In this document: positions 37,301-48,739 of the stretch, one piece after another
Numbering within the stretch: position 1 is the first letter of the stretch
Layout of the letters: each line of letters opens with the position of its first letter
Source: Pristiophorus japonicus
Lineage: Eukaryota
Length of the DNA: 64,000 nt
Assembly (NCBI RefSeq): GCF_044704955.1
Contig: NC_091991.1
Span: forward strand, 17,856,001-17,920,000
Reading direction: 5' to 3'
The notes under the pieces: generated by a model
The model's database searches: none
Told to the model about the DNA's origin: nothing
The model's input: only the letters and a program-made list of their open reading frames with translations
Translations under genes and position numbers: made by a program

Positions 37301-40060
37301 GTGAAGAGTTGCATCCTCAAAGGTGATTGGTCTGCCATACCCAAGCAAATGTGCAAGGAGACCAAACCTTACATTCGTCGCAAAGACGAACAGTCTATTT
37401 AATCTGATTGTATACTGTGGGGCAATCGTGTTGTTATGCTCAAGAAAGGGAGAGAGAAATTTGTACGTGAGCTACATAGCACACATCCCGACATTGTAAT
37501 GATGGAAGCCATCGCCAGGTCTCATATATGGTGGCCGGGAATTGACTCTGAACTGGAATCATGTGTGCATCAGTGCAACACTTGTATGCAGCTCTACAAA
37601 GCACCAGCGGAATCGCCGCTGAGTCTGTGGTTGTGGCCGTCCAAACCATGGTCCAGGATCCACATAGACTTTGCAGGTCCCTTCCTGGGGAAGATGTTTT
37701 TAGTTGTGGTGGATGCATATTCGAAGTAGATAGAGTGTGTAATCATGTCATCCAGCACATCCACAGCTACCATTGAGAATCTCAGTGTCATGTTCGCGAC
37801 ACATGGTCTGCCTGACATCATTGTTCGCGACAACAGATCGTGCTTCACCAGTCAGGAGTTTCAAGAGTTCATGAAACTCAATGGTATCAAACCTGCATCC
37901 AATGGGCAAGCAGAACGTGCTGTCCAAATCATAAAGCAGAGTATGAAGTGAGTGGATAGAGGTGTACCGATGGATGTGGTGTACTTAGATTTTCAAAAGG
38001 CATTTGATAAGGTGCCACACAAAAGGTTACTGCAGAAGATAAAGGTACGCGGAGTCAGTGGAAATGTATTAGCATGGATGGAGAATTGGCTGGCTAACAG
38101 AAAGCAGAGAGTCGGGATAAATGGATCCTTTTCGGGTTGGAAATCGGTGGTTAGTGGTGTGCAACAGGGATCGGTGCTGGGACCACAACTGTTTACAATA
38201 TACATAGATGACCTGGAAGAGGGGACAGAGTGTAGTGTAACAAAATTTGCAGATTACACAAAGATTAGTGGGAAAGCGCGTTGTATAGAGGACACAGAGA
38301 GGCTGCAAAGAGATTTAGATAGGTTAAGCGAATGGGCTAAGGTTTGGCAGATGGAATACAATGTCGGAAAGTGTGAGGTCATCCACCTTGGGGGAAAAAA
38401 CAGTAAAAGGGAATATTATTTGAATGGGGAGAAATTACAACATGCTGCAGTGCAGACCTTGTGCATGAATCCCAAAAAGTTAGTTTGCAGGTGCAAAACG
38501 TAATCAGGAAGGCGAATGGAATGATGGCCTTCATTGCGAGAGGGATGGAGTACAAAAGCAGGGAGGTCCTTCTGCAACTGTATAGGGTATTGGTGAGGCC
38601 GCACCTGGAGTACTGCGTGCAGTTTTGGTCACCTTACTTAAGGAAGGACATACTAGCTTTGGAGGGGGTACAGAGACGATTCACTAGGCTGATTCCAGAG
38701 ATGAGGGGGCTACCTTATGATGATAGATTGAGTAGACTGGGTCTTTACTTGTTGGAGTTCAGAAGGATGAGCGGTGATCTTATAGAAACATTTAAAATAA
38801 TGAAAGGGATAGACAAGATAGAGGCAGAGAGGTTGTTTCCACTGGTCGGGGAGACTAGAACTAGGGGGCACAGCCTCAAAATACGGGGGAGCCAATTTAA
38901 AACCAAGTTGAGAAGGAATTTCTTCTCCCAGAGGATTGTGAATCTGTGGAATTCTCTGCCCAAGGAAGCAGTTGAGGCTAGCTCATTGAATGTATTCAAG
39001 TCACAGATAGATAGATTTTTAACCAATAAGGGAATTAAGGGTTATGGGGAGCGGGCGGGTAAGTGGAGCTGAGTCCACGGCCAGATCAGCCATGATCTTG
39101 TTGAATGGCGGAGCAGGCTCGAGGGGCTAGATGGCCTACTCCTGTTCCTAATTCTTATGTTCTTATGAGTAACCCAAGGGTCACTGCAGACCCGTCTGTC
39201 ATGCATACTGCTGAGTTACAGGACGAGACCACACACACTTACCGGGGTCTCGCCAGTTGAACTAATGATGAAGAGAGGTCTTAAGACCAAGCTATCTCTT
39301 GTACACCCTGACTTGAATAATCATGTTGAATATAGAAGACAAAGTCAGCAAGGGTATCACGATCGCGCAGCTGTGTCATGCGATATTTCTGTAAATGATC
39401 CTGTATATGTTCTGAATTATGGTCAGGGTCCCGAGTGGATCGCTGGTACTGTCATGGCCAAGGAGGGCAACAGAGTATTTATTGTCAAGCTCAAAAATGG
39501 GCAAACATACAGGAAACATGGATCAGACAAAGCTGCGGCACACAGACGAACCGGAACAGTCGGAGGAAGAGACAATCGACGACCAAACAACCTACCCCCA
39601 GTCATCAGAGGATTCAGTGGTCATCAGTGAATCGGGACTTTCAATCACTGACATGTTAAATGAAAATGGACTTTCAATCCCTGAAATGGCCATTGCCACT
39701 CCCACCAGGTGAGCCACCCAGCCACCAGTCACAACAGACTCTGAACACTCACCCAAGGCTGGAGTTGAACTGAGACAGTCAACCCGGGGATGTAAAACAC
39801 CGGACCGTCTCAATTTGTAAAAGACTGTGTTAATATCTCAGAGGGGGGAATTGTCATGTATGTACTTTTGGGATCACTAGCCACGACATGGCGTCACTGT
39901 TGAAGGCCATTGGGCTGCACGCACATGTGTGTAGCCCAAGTATAAAAGGCCAGCCATTATATATATTAGTCACTTTGGGCCTTAATAAAGCAGAATTGGT
40001 CAAGGTCATACCTCTTGGAGTTAATCAGTACTCAGTCTAACAGTTATTGCATACACAACA
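34335..40060 (+). mobile_element. Gypsy (Mag-like) LTR retrotransposon 3, full length, with a CR1 inserted in the integrase
   Basis: LTRs at 34335-34538 and 39852-40060. TSD AGTTA. PBS TGGCGACGAGG and PPT AGAGGGGGGAA. Gag ORF to 35583, RT VFQDDILI, RNase H ACDAS, integrase HIDFAGPF. Confidence 0.97.
37954..39165 (+). mobile_element. CR1 LINE 3' 1.2 kb nested in Gypsy 3
   Basis: [15 protein letters not shown]...KFADYTK through the tail. TSD TGAGT at 37949-37953 and 39166-39170. Confidence 0.95.
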
Positions 40061-40069
40061 AGTTATAAC

Positions 40070-41595
40070 AACATAAGAACATAAGAAATAGGAGCAGGAG
40101 TAGGCCATACGGCCCCTTGAGCCTGCTCCACCATTCAATAAGATCATGGCTGATCATTGACCGCAACTCCACTTTCCCATCCAATCTCCATATCCCTTGA
40201 TTCCCCTAGAGTCCAAAAATCTATCTATCTCAGCCTTGAATATACTCAGAGACTCAGCATTCGCAGCCCTCTGGGGCAGAGAATTCCAAAGATTCACAAC
40301 CCTCTGAGTGAAGAAATTCCTCCTCATCTTTGTCTAAATGGCCTTCCCCTTATCCTGAGACTGTGACCCCCCCCAGTTCTAGACTCTCCTGCCAGGGGGA
40401 AACAACCTCTCAGTATCTACCCTGTCAATCTCCTTCAGAATCTTGTATGTTTCAATAAGATCACCTCTCATTCTTCTAAACTCAAGAGAGTATAGGCCCA
40501 TTCTACACAATCTCTCATCATAAGACAGCCCTCTCATCCCAGGAATCAATCTAGTCAACCTTCGTTCCACTGCCTCCAAGGCAAGTATATCCTTCCTTAG
40601 ATAAGGAGACAACACTGTGCACAGTACTCCAGGTGTGGTCTCACCAAGGCCCCGTACAATTGTAGCAAGACTTCCTTGCTCTTATACTCCAAACCCCTTG
40701 CAATAAAGGACAACATGCCACTTGCCTGCCTTATTGCTTGCTGTACCTGCATGCTCGCTTTCTGTCTTTCTTGCACAAGGACACCCAAATCTCTCTGAAC
40801 ACCAACATTTAAAAGTTTCTCGCCATTTAAAAAATATTCTGTTTTTCTATTTATCCTACCAAAGTGAATAACCTCGCATTTCGGTACATTATACTCCATC
40901 TGTCACCTTACTGCCACTCACTTAGTCTATCTATATCCCTTTGCAGACTCTTTGTGTTCTCCTCACAGCTTACTGTCCCACCTAGTTTTGTATCAAAAAA
41001 TAATAAACTTGGATACATTGCACGCGGTCCCTTCATCTAGCTCATTAATATAGATTGTAAATAGCTGAAGCCCCAGCACTGATCCTTGCGGCACCCCACT
41101 AGTTACAGCCTGCCAACCTGAAAAAGACCCGTTTATCCCTACTCTCTGTTTTCTGGCCATTAACCAATCCTCTCTCCATGCTAGTATGTTACCTCCAATC
41201 CCATGAACTTTTATCTTGTGTAATAACCTTTTGTGGCACCTTATCTAATGTCTTTCGGAAATCCAAATAAATTATATCGACTGATTTGTTTTTTATCTAC
41301 CCTGCTAGTTACATCCTCAAACAACTTTAATTAATTTGTCAAACATGACTTCCCTTTCATAAAACAATGTCGACTCTGCCTAACCATGTTACGATTTTCG
41401 AAGTGCCCTGATACCACTTCCTTAACAATGGATTCCAGTATTTTTCTGATACTGATGTTAGGCTAACTGGTTTGTATTTCCTTGTTTTCTCTTTCCCTCC
41501 TTTTTTGAATACCGGTGTTGCATTTGCTACCTTCCAATGTGCTGGGACCGTTCTAGAATCTAGGGAATTTTGGAAGATCAAAACCAATGCATCGT
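40070..41595 (-). mobile_element. CR1 LINE (RT through tail)
   Basis: WKVANATPVFKKG, MEYNVPKCEVIHFG and RPHLEYC, with the tail at 40070. Confidence 0.93.
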
Positions 41596-43330
41596 GATTG
41601 AAAAAGATTGTTGGTAGGTGAGTGATGGGGTGTGGTGCATTGAGCAGTGTATGAGGTTTGTGGTGCAGTTGGTGGGATATGGCATTTGAAGAGGCATTCA
41701 CTGACCTTGACAACCTGTGTGAGTTCATTAAACTTCTTTTGGCGCTGTAACCTGGGGAAAAAACTGGTGGCAATGACCGCTTCAACAAACCACTCCCACT
41801 GATTTCTTACGGTCAGTCCGGAGGGCCTCCTGGCCTCCTACGTTTCGAGGACCTGACTCCTCCTTTTGACCCCCTGCACTAAGGCCCCCAGTGCTGCATC
41901 AGAGAACCTAGATCACCTTTCTCTGCCCTTTTGAGCCAAAGCTTTCACTTTCCTTTGCAACAATAACAATGAGCTTCTTATTTCAGAAAGCACCTCCCCT
42001 TTAAGAGCTGCAGTCTGCGTTTCATACTGCAAGTTAGTTTTAAATAGAGAGCACTTACCACAAAATTGAACCAACCAGTGCTCAGTGCTTCAATCATGTT
42101 AATTAGCAAGCATCACAAATTTTGCATGCTGCCTGCATTACTTTCAATGGGTGCGGGCAGATCACGCATTGCGATCCCCGCACCCATTTTCGGGCCTTAT
42201 TGAATTTAGTCGTCAAAGTCTTCATTGACATTTTTATGCTCCATTTCTAAAGCCATTGCAACTGTTTGCCTACAATTCAAAGACACCTTGTTATTTTGTG
42301 CGAAAGGCATATTTTTTGCATGTAACAGCAAAAATATGTTCTGTAATATAAATTATGAATGAATATTTATAATATTTTTTAATGTTTAGTGCTTTCATAA
42401 ATCTAAATTTGTCAAGTGGCAGAAATAAATCTGGCGATTTTGCATTGAGAAATATTAGACACGGAATGGGAGAATTTGAGGAACCATTCAAAAGCTTGAA
42501 TTGATGATGTTTCCTCCTACTGGAATATAGACAATGATCACGGTTACAACTTCAACATTTGTTACAGATATTAATAAACATGGCATTTGAACGGGCACAG
42601 TCATTCCACAAGTTTAGTTGAGATTGATATTTGAAAGATATTTTTGGACCGAGAAAAATGTTTTTTCTCAGAATTAGGATGAGGTCAAATCTTTTATTTC
42701 TCATATTCTTTTTCATCTCTTTGCATGTAAAACAGTACTGTGTAATAGATCATTGATGTCAGTCCTTTATTATTTATTCGTTATGCATTACATAATGCAA
42801 ATGTTTCATAGATGGTTCATGGTAAGTCAGTGTTTCCCTCAGTTAGTTAAACAGGTAACATCCCTTTATTTCAGACACTTGTGATTGCAGGTTTCTGTAC
42901 TGGTGATTGTATGGTATTACAAATACTTCTTAACTCATTTTGCAGTACTTATTTCCAAAGACTTCAATAAAAATTCCATGGGGAACATGTATAATGACAC
43001 TTAATTCACGGACCTTAATTACATTTCCACATTATGTATTTATCCCATGCTAGATAGATGTTGCTCCTGACCCTTTGTTGCTGTTTAAGAGGAACTGCCA
43101 TGTAAGCACCACCTCACACCTTTGTTACGTTGCTCAATGAATGATAATTTAAAAAGCTAGAATCAGGTAATGTTGACTATCAGTTCAATTAAATAATATG
43201 TAAATACTTTACTGCTTTTAATACTTGAAAATGTCAAGCCCACGTTTTATGCCTGCGCACACTATCCTTTGTCCAAGAGGGCGGGCAAGCATTTTGTTCA
43301 CAAGCCTATGGTTATTCTGTTTTCAAACAA

Positions 43331-43752
43331 GGTGTCAGCCTTGGCTTAGTGTTAGCACTTGGCTCATCGGTAGCCCTCTCGCCTCTGAGTCAGAAATTTG
43401 TGGAATCATGTCACACTCCAGGGACTTGAGCACCTAATTTAGACCGACACTTCGGTAGAGAACCGAGGGATTGCTACAAAGTTGGAGGGGGCTCTCTTTT
43501 GGATGAAACATTAAATTGAGATTCTCTGGCTGCCCGGTTATGGCACTATTCGAAGAACATAAAGTTCTCCTGGTGCCTTGGCCAACGTTTCTCCTTCAAC
43601 CAATGCCACCACAAAAAAAATAATGATTTCATTATTGTGCGTAATTGACTGTGCGTTTGCATACATATTAACAGTAAGTGCATTTAAAAGTAATTCATTG
43701 GTTGTGCTGCTTTGAGACATCCCGTAGGCTTGATAAGGTGTTATATAAATGT
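43331..43752 (+). mobile_element. DeuSINE (SacSINE1-like)
   Basis: tRNA-like head GCCTCTGAGTCAGAA, Deu-like core CTTTTGGATGAAACATTAAA...ATGGCACTATTCGAAGAA...GTTCTCCTGGTGCCTTGGCCAAC, tail TATATAAATG. Confidence 0.75.
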
Positions 43753-44257
43753 ATGTGATTTATGGCAACAGTTGAAAAGCATTTCCCTTAATAAACATTG
43801 GCACTCGCTACAAAAGGTTAAATAAACAATCCTACTTGCTACAATAAAATCTTTTTAAAATTATTCTATTTATAATATCCTTAAGCGTAAATATTGCAGT
43901 TTACATTTCTAGAAATTCCACAAATTTGTCCGCTGTCCACACAATAACATTTTACAAGAAGAAGGAATGCTTGCTGCCCAATTCTTGTTTCTTTCATTCA
44001 ATATTTCCTTTAAAACTGCCCAGTTGAAGCCATAGTGAATTAGTCATCCATATTTGGTGTAAGGTTTTTACAAAATATTAACATACTTTATTTATTTTGG
44101 CAGTGGTTAAATCTGATAAAAGACAAGTCAATTATATTCATCTTTGTGATAGTCTGTTATTTCATTCCAGTTCAATTCTCTCCTCCAGTGCTGTAATCCT
44201 TCATTTTGTTTTTATTTTCTCTTGGCGCTGCTTCGAAGGATTAGCTTCTATCAAGTT

Positions 44258-44329
44258 TTAATCCAGAAAGTCACCAGTCTCGAACACTTCATCATCAAAT
44301 TCAACACTGCATTTCCCTGGAGCAATGTG
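44258..44329 (-). CDS. Candidate terminal coding exon of an unidentified host gene (HIAPGKCSVEFDDEVFETGDFLD*)
   Basis: Unique sequence with acceptor ttttaataaacag|CAC, an acidic open frame to TAA, and AT-rich downstream sequence with minus-strand AATAAA at 44211-44216 and 44087-44096. No partner exon found. Confidence 0.4.
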   Translation of the reverse strand, partial: HIAPGKCSVEFDDEVFETGDFLD

Positions 44330-46248
44330 CTGTTTATTAAAAGCATTATTTTTTGTTGCCCCTTTTTAATATGTACTTTATTTTCTCCCATTCTCTCCCT
44401 CTCCCTTGGCTGTGCATTATTCCTAGACAATACTGGAAAAAGTGGGCAAGGAACGAGTTCCTCGGCTTTTACTTACAAGACCGCTGACTGGAGCAAAAAT
44501 AGGCTAGCGTGACTGGCCTGGCAATTTTCTATCTGTCCTTTTGAGCAAAGTGCCTAATCTCCACTTGGCACTTCCGATTGATGATACGGCTGTAATTGAG
44601 AAATCAAAATGAAGGGCATCATAGCATGAAGCTACACCTACCCTATTCCTTTACACAGTGTTGGAGCAAAGATGTTGGAGCAAAAGTGTGGCGTGCTACT
44701 CTTTTTAAATATATTGATTGTACACTCAGGCTGACAGTGGCTCGATGGAAGAATGTTGGACAAGCCCTTTGGTTTGCAAAATGCACAACTTGGTTTGGAG
44801 TTTGGAGGTGGGGAATTTCTTCTCTGCACTTGGTGGAGTGAAGTTTTAAATGTGTTAAGAGGTTTTCAAGCAATACCGTGATTGGTCCAATAAAATATTA
44901 ACATTTTAAATTCATACCTAGAGTCTCATGATTGGACATCTATTTTATTTCTAATTTATATGTGTGTTGTCCCCTTTCTATAATTCTGAATCAGCCAGCA
45001 CTTTGATCTTTCATGGCACTATAATATGGTTTTAAATACCTCCCATTATTGCATAAATCTTGCTCAATAAAAGAGAAGGCCCACACACCAAGTGTGGCAG
45101 TTAAAGACCAATAACTCTCCTTTCAGTTCTGGGAAAAGTCTTTTCATATGTCCTTCTTGCTCGACTTCAGCCACTCCTAACCTGACACCGTCAGCCTGAG
45201 CAATTGAGTTTCACTGGCAATGGAGGCCGTACTTGCTCTCCAGCTACTCTGAGATTCATTGCAAATTCAACCAACCCTGGCAATGGAATACGTAAACCTC
45301 TAGTCAGCCTTTAAGTCTGTCCACAGAAGCACCCTCTGGAAGGCCCTACAAGGCATCGGCATCCCTGACATCTTCCTGAGGCCACTTCCAGGTTGACATG
45401 ATGACCCTGGAGTTCAGGTGTGACTGGGGAACCACAGTCTGAGAGATTCTGCACTTGTCTCCTGGCTCCAACCCTGCCATGCAATGGACTGGATTCTCGA
45501 ATACATCTCTGCAAATATCGGCATCACCGTTGATCAGGCATTTTTTACTGGCGTGGACTAGGTGGATGATGTTATCCTTCTTGGTCAGGACACAAATGAT
45601 CTTAGAGATGCATTGGAGAACTTTCAACATGAAAAAGCCACTTTTGGGTTGCTGGTTTCTTGGGCAAAGACAAAAATGCAGAGAGTCAGAACAAATGCTG
45701 CAGTACAAGACATTCAAGTTGATGGACAAAACGTGGAGGCAGTGGATGACATTATCTACCTAGGCAGCAAAATCTCATAAGATGGGCATAGTGAGCCAGA
45801 CATACCGAAGAGAATCGGCTTAGCAGCTTCAACAATGAAGGACCTGCACAGGGTCTGGAGTCAAAATATGAAAATCTCCAGGAAGGCACGGATCTATCAG
45901 AGCTGTGTCCTTCCCATACTTTTGCATGGATCTGAAACATGGACACAGCTTAAGTAAGAAGCATTACATATGCACTGTCAGAGACAATTAGATGGCACAA
46001 CTTTGTCCTTTAGCAATGAGAACCAGACTTGAGAAGATTGAAGTCGTCATTAATTGTTGTCACTTGGCAGCCTTTGGTCATATCATTTGCCTCAGAGACT
46101 AAGTGCCTGTAAACCGGTCAGTGAAGATCGGAATCGAGATTAGGAGGAGACACTGATATGCTGCGGATTGGAGGGGACCAAAGGTATACCCTCAATTAAC
46201 CTGCATATATCGGATGAGTAACAATCCAGTGGAACTCTTGAAAACTAG

Positions 46249-47847
46249 GGGCTCAGGTTTCGGACCCCCGCTAGAACGGCGCGCATCGGAGAGGCCCGCC
46301 TAATTTGTAGAACAAAAATTGCGCCGAATACTTACCTCGCGATTCTCCGATATCTGTAGGCCCGTTTCCAGTTCGGCGCAGCAGGAGCTGCTGGGGGCGG
46401 AGCTACAGCCCTGCACCAAAATCAGTGCCGGCAGCTGCACGCGTGCGCAGTAGCTCCTGGCCCTCACAGCGCGTCCTGTCTCCGGGCGACGACCCTATCC
46501 CTGGCCGAAGGTACGTCGCCCCTATCCTGGGCCGAGTGGCCTGACACCTCGTCGGCGGCGGGGCCCGCCCGCCCGGCATGTTGCTGGGGCCGGCCCTGCC
46601 TGATGTCCACTGTGGCGGCCGGCGTCTTCGGCGGCAGCGGTGGGGCCCGTTCAGCCTTCCTCCCTCCTGTTCAGCAGCCCTCCCATTCAGCCCTCCTCTC
46701 TCCCCCTTCCCTCCCCCGTCCTCCCCCCTCCTCTCCCCCTCTTCCTCCTCTCCCCCTTCCCCCTCCTCTCCCCCTTCCTCCCCTCTCCTCGCCCCCTTCC
46801 CCCTCCTCTCCCCTCCCCCTCCCTCCCCCTCCTCTCCCCTTCCCCCTCCTCTCCCCCTCTCCCTCCTCTCCCCCTTCCCCCTCCTCTCCCCTCCCCCTCC
46901 CTCCCCCTCCCTCTCCCCTTCCCCCTCCTCTCCCCTCTCCCCCTCCTCTCCCCTTCCTCCCCCCTCCTCGCCCCCTTCCCCCTCCTCTCCCCCTCCTCTC
47001 TCCCCCTCCCTCTCCCCTCCTCCCTCCCTCTCCCCACCTTCTCTCCCCCCTCCCTGCCCCCTCCTCTCCTCCCCTCTCCTCCTCTCCTGCCTCCCCTCTC
47101 CCCTCTCCCTCCCCCTCCCTCCCCCTCCCCTCTCCCCCTTCCCTTCCCCCTCTCTCCCCCTCCTCCACCTCCTCTTTTCTACCCACTTCCCCCCTCTCTC
47201 CCCCCCCACTCCCCCTCTCTCCCCCCCAACCCCCCCCCCCCTCTCTCCTCCCACCCCTCACTGTCAGAAACACAGGGAGAGAGACACTGACAGAGACAGC
47301 GAGAGAGACACTGGGGGGGCCCTGTTCCAGCAAGCTGTTGGAGGGCTCCCGGAGCTGCAGTAAGTGAGTAGAAAGTTAATTTTTTATTTATTGATTGATT
47401 TTTTAAAAAATTTTAATTTTTAATTTTTACATTTTTTTGATTGATTTATTGGTTGATTTATTGATTTATTTATCATTTATTATTGATGATGGCTCTTTAT
47501 TTGTAAAAGTGAAGTGTTTAATGCTTGTAAACCTCCCCCCGCCCCCCCAATCTCTCGTTTCCTACGCCTGATTTATAAGTGTAGGCAATGTTTTTCTGAG
47601 CGTACAAAAATCTACACTTACTCCATTCGAAGTTAGTTTGGAGTAAGTTTTCGCGCCTAAACTTGCAAAACAGGTGTAAGTGGTTGGACACGCACCTTTT
47701 GAAAAAAAAGTCTGTTCTACAATGAAACTATTCTCACTCACTAGAACTAGAGCAAACTAAATGCCGAGAATTGCAATTTTTAAGATGCTCCATTCTAAAC
47801 TAGTTGCTCCAAAAAAATAGGAGCAACTCAGGCCGAAACTTGAGCCC
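46249..47847. mobile_element. Harbinger-type MITE with an expanded polypyrimidine core
   Basis: TIRs GGGCTCAGGTTTCGG / CCGAAACTTGAGCCC. TSD TAG at 46246-46248 and 47848-47850. Confidence 0.92.
46690..47260. repeat. About 570-bp near-pure C/T tract (CCCCTCCTCT-like units)
   Basis: Read directly from the sequence; very few purines. Confidence 0.97.
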
Positions 47848-47985
47848 TAGGATTGGAGCCTTACAGCACGGTCATGGTTTGTTGACACTGCAGGCCTCTG
47901 CCGGCTAAACGTAACTGCTTTCTTGTTTACATTCTCACATAGTCCTTACATGTTTTTTTGCCCCTTTCTTTCCTCCGAAGGTGTG

Positions 47986-48280
47986 TATAATGTATTTGCT
48001 TCATGGGTTCATTGCTTAAGAATTCATAGCAACACATTGCTATTAAGAACTAGTTGGTTTATTAACAAGGGTTTAACAATCACACTACACATTACCAGTT
48101 CATCCACTAGGCTCACTATAAACCCATCGTGGATGACCGAGACTCAGTTGACTGGGGTTTTACTGAGCCTTGTGAACATCATGGGACTGGCTAAGCCACT
48201 CACAGTGCAACAGCTCTACAACTATTTTTGTAGAACAGCTCTACAAACCTGTGAGCATACTCACAGGTGCATACATTACA
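47986..48280 (-). mobile_element. Solo LTR
   Basis: Termini TATAATGTA...TACATTACA. TSD GTGTG at 47981-47985 and 48281-48285. AATAAA on the minus strand near 48058. Confidence 0.85.
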
Positions 48281-48462
48281 GTGTGAGTTTGTACTGGTCT
48301 ATGATTCCATAGGCAACATCATGGCACCAGTACCTCAGCCAAATGGCCATTCTTCCTTTGCGACGATAGGTAGTGGGAATCAGTGAGCTGTTTCACCTTG
48401 GGAAACATTACAGCTGAACCTGATCTTGTCCTCGACCGGCTTCTGTTTGTGTATTTTCCAGC

Positions 48463-48712
48463 AAACTTCTTCGCTCAGAGAGTTGCTAACCTGTGGAATT
48501 CCCTCCTGCAGAGAGTTCTTGGTGCCAGTTCATTGGATATATTCAAGAGGGAGTTAGATATGGCCCTTACGGCTAAAGGGATCAAGGGGTATGGAGAGAA
48601 AGTAGGAAAGGGATACTGAGGGACTGATCAGCCATGATCTTATTGAATGGTGGTGCAGACTCGAAAGGCCGAATTGCCTACTCCCTCACCTATTTTCTAT
48701 GTTTCTATGTTT
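48463..48712 (+). mobile_element. CR1 3' fragment
   Basis: NFFAQRVANLWNSL...GIKGYGEK* followed by (TTTCTATG)n. Confidence 0.9.
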
Positions 48713-48739
48713 CAAAGGTCACTGGACAGTGATCAAGAG

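Larger units (their letters stand above)
32696..42212. mobile_element. Third bipartite Harbinger, related to the outer element and in opposite orientation, internally deleted
   Basis: HARBI1-like gene on plus at about 33200-34070. Myb exon 1/intron on minus at 41596-41940 and 34140-34330 align with the reverse complement of 7960-8480. 42160-42210 mirrors 7695-7745. Confidence 0.8.
45060..47900 (+). mobile_element. Old RTE-clade LINE remnant split by a MITE
   Basis: GKVFSYVLLARL, SAFKSVHRSTLWKAL, VDDVILL, GLLVSWAKTK, YLGSKIS, RIYQSCVLPILLHGSETWT. Confidence 0.85.

Noticed and set aside
37745-38503. Integrase ORF directly followed by an RT ORF, suggesting Copia-like order or readthrough
   Set aside because: The second ORF belongs to a CR1 inserted with TSD TGAGT; the Gypsy integrase resumes at 39166.
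46403-47367. Six long Pro/Ser-rich or Gly/Glu/Arg-rich ORFs (up to 283 aa)
   Set aside because: They are open only because the C/T tract cannot form stop codons, and they lie inside a MITE with TIRs and a TSD.
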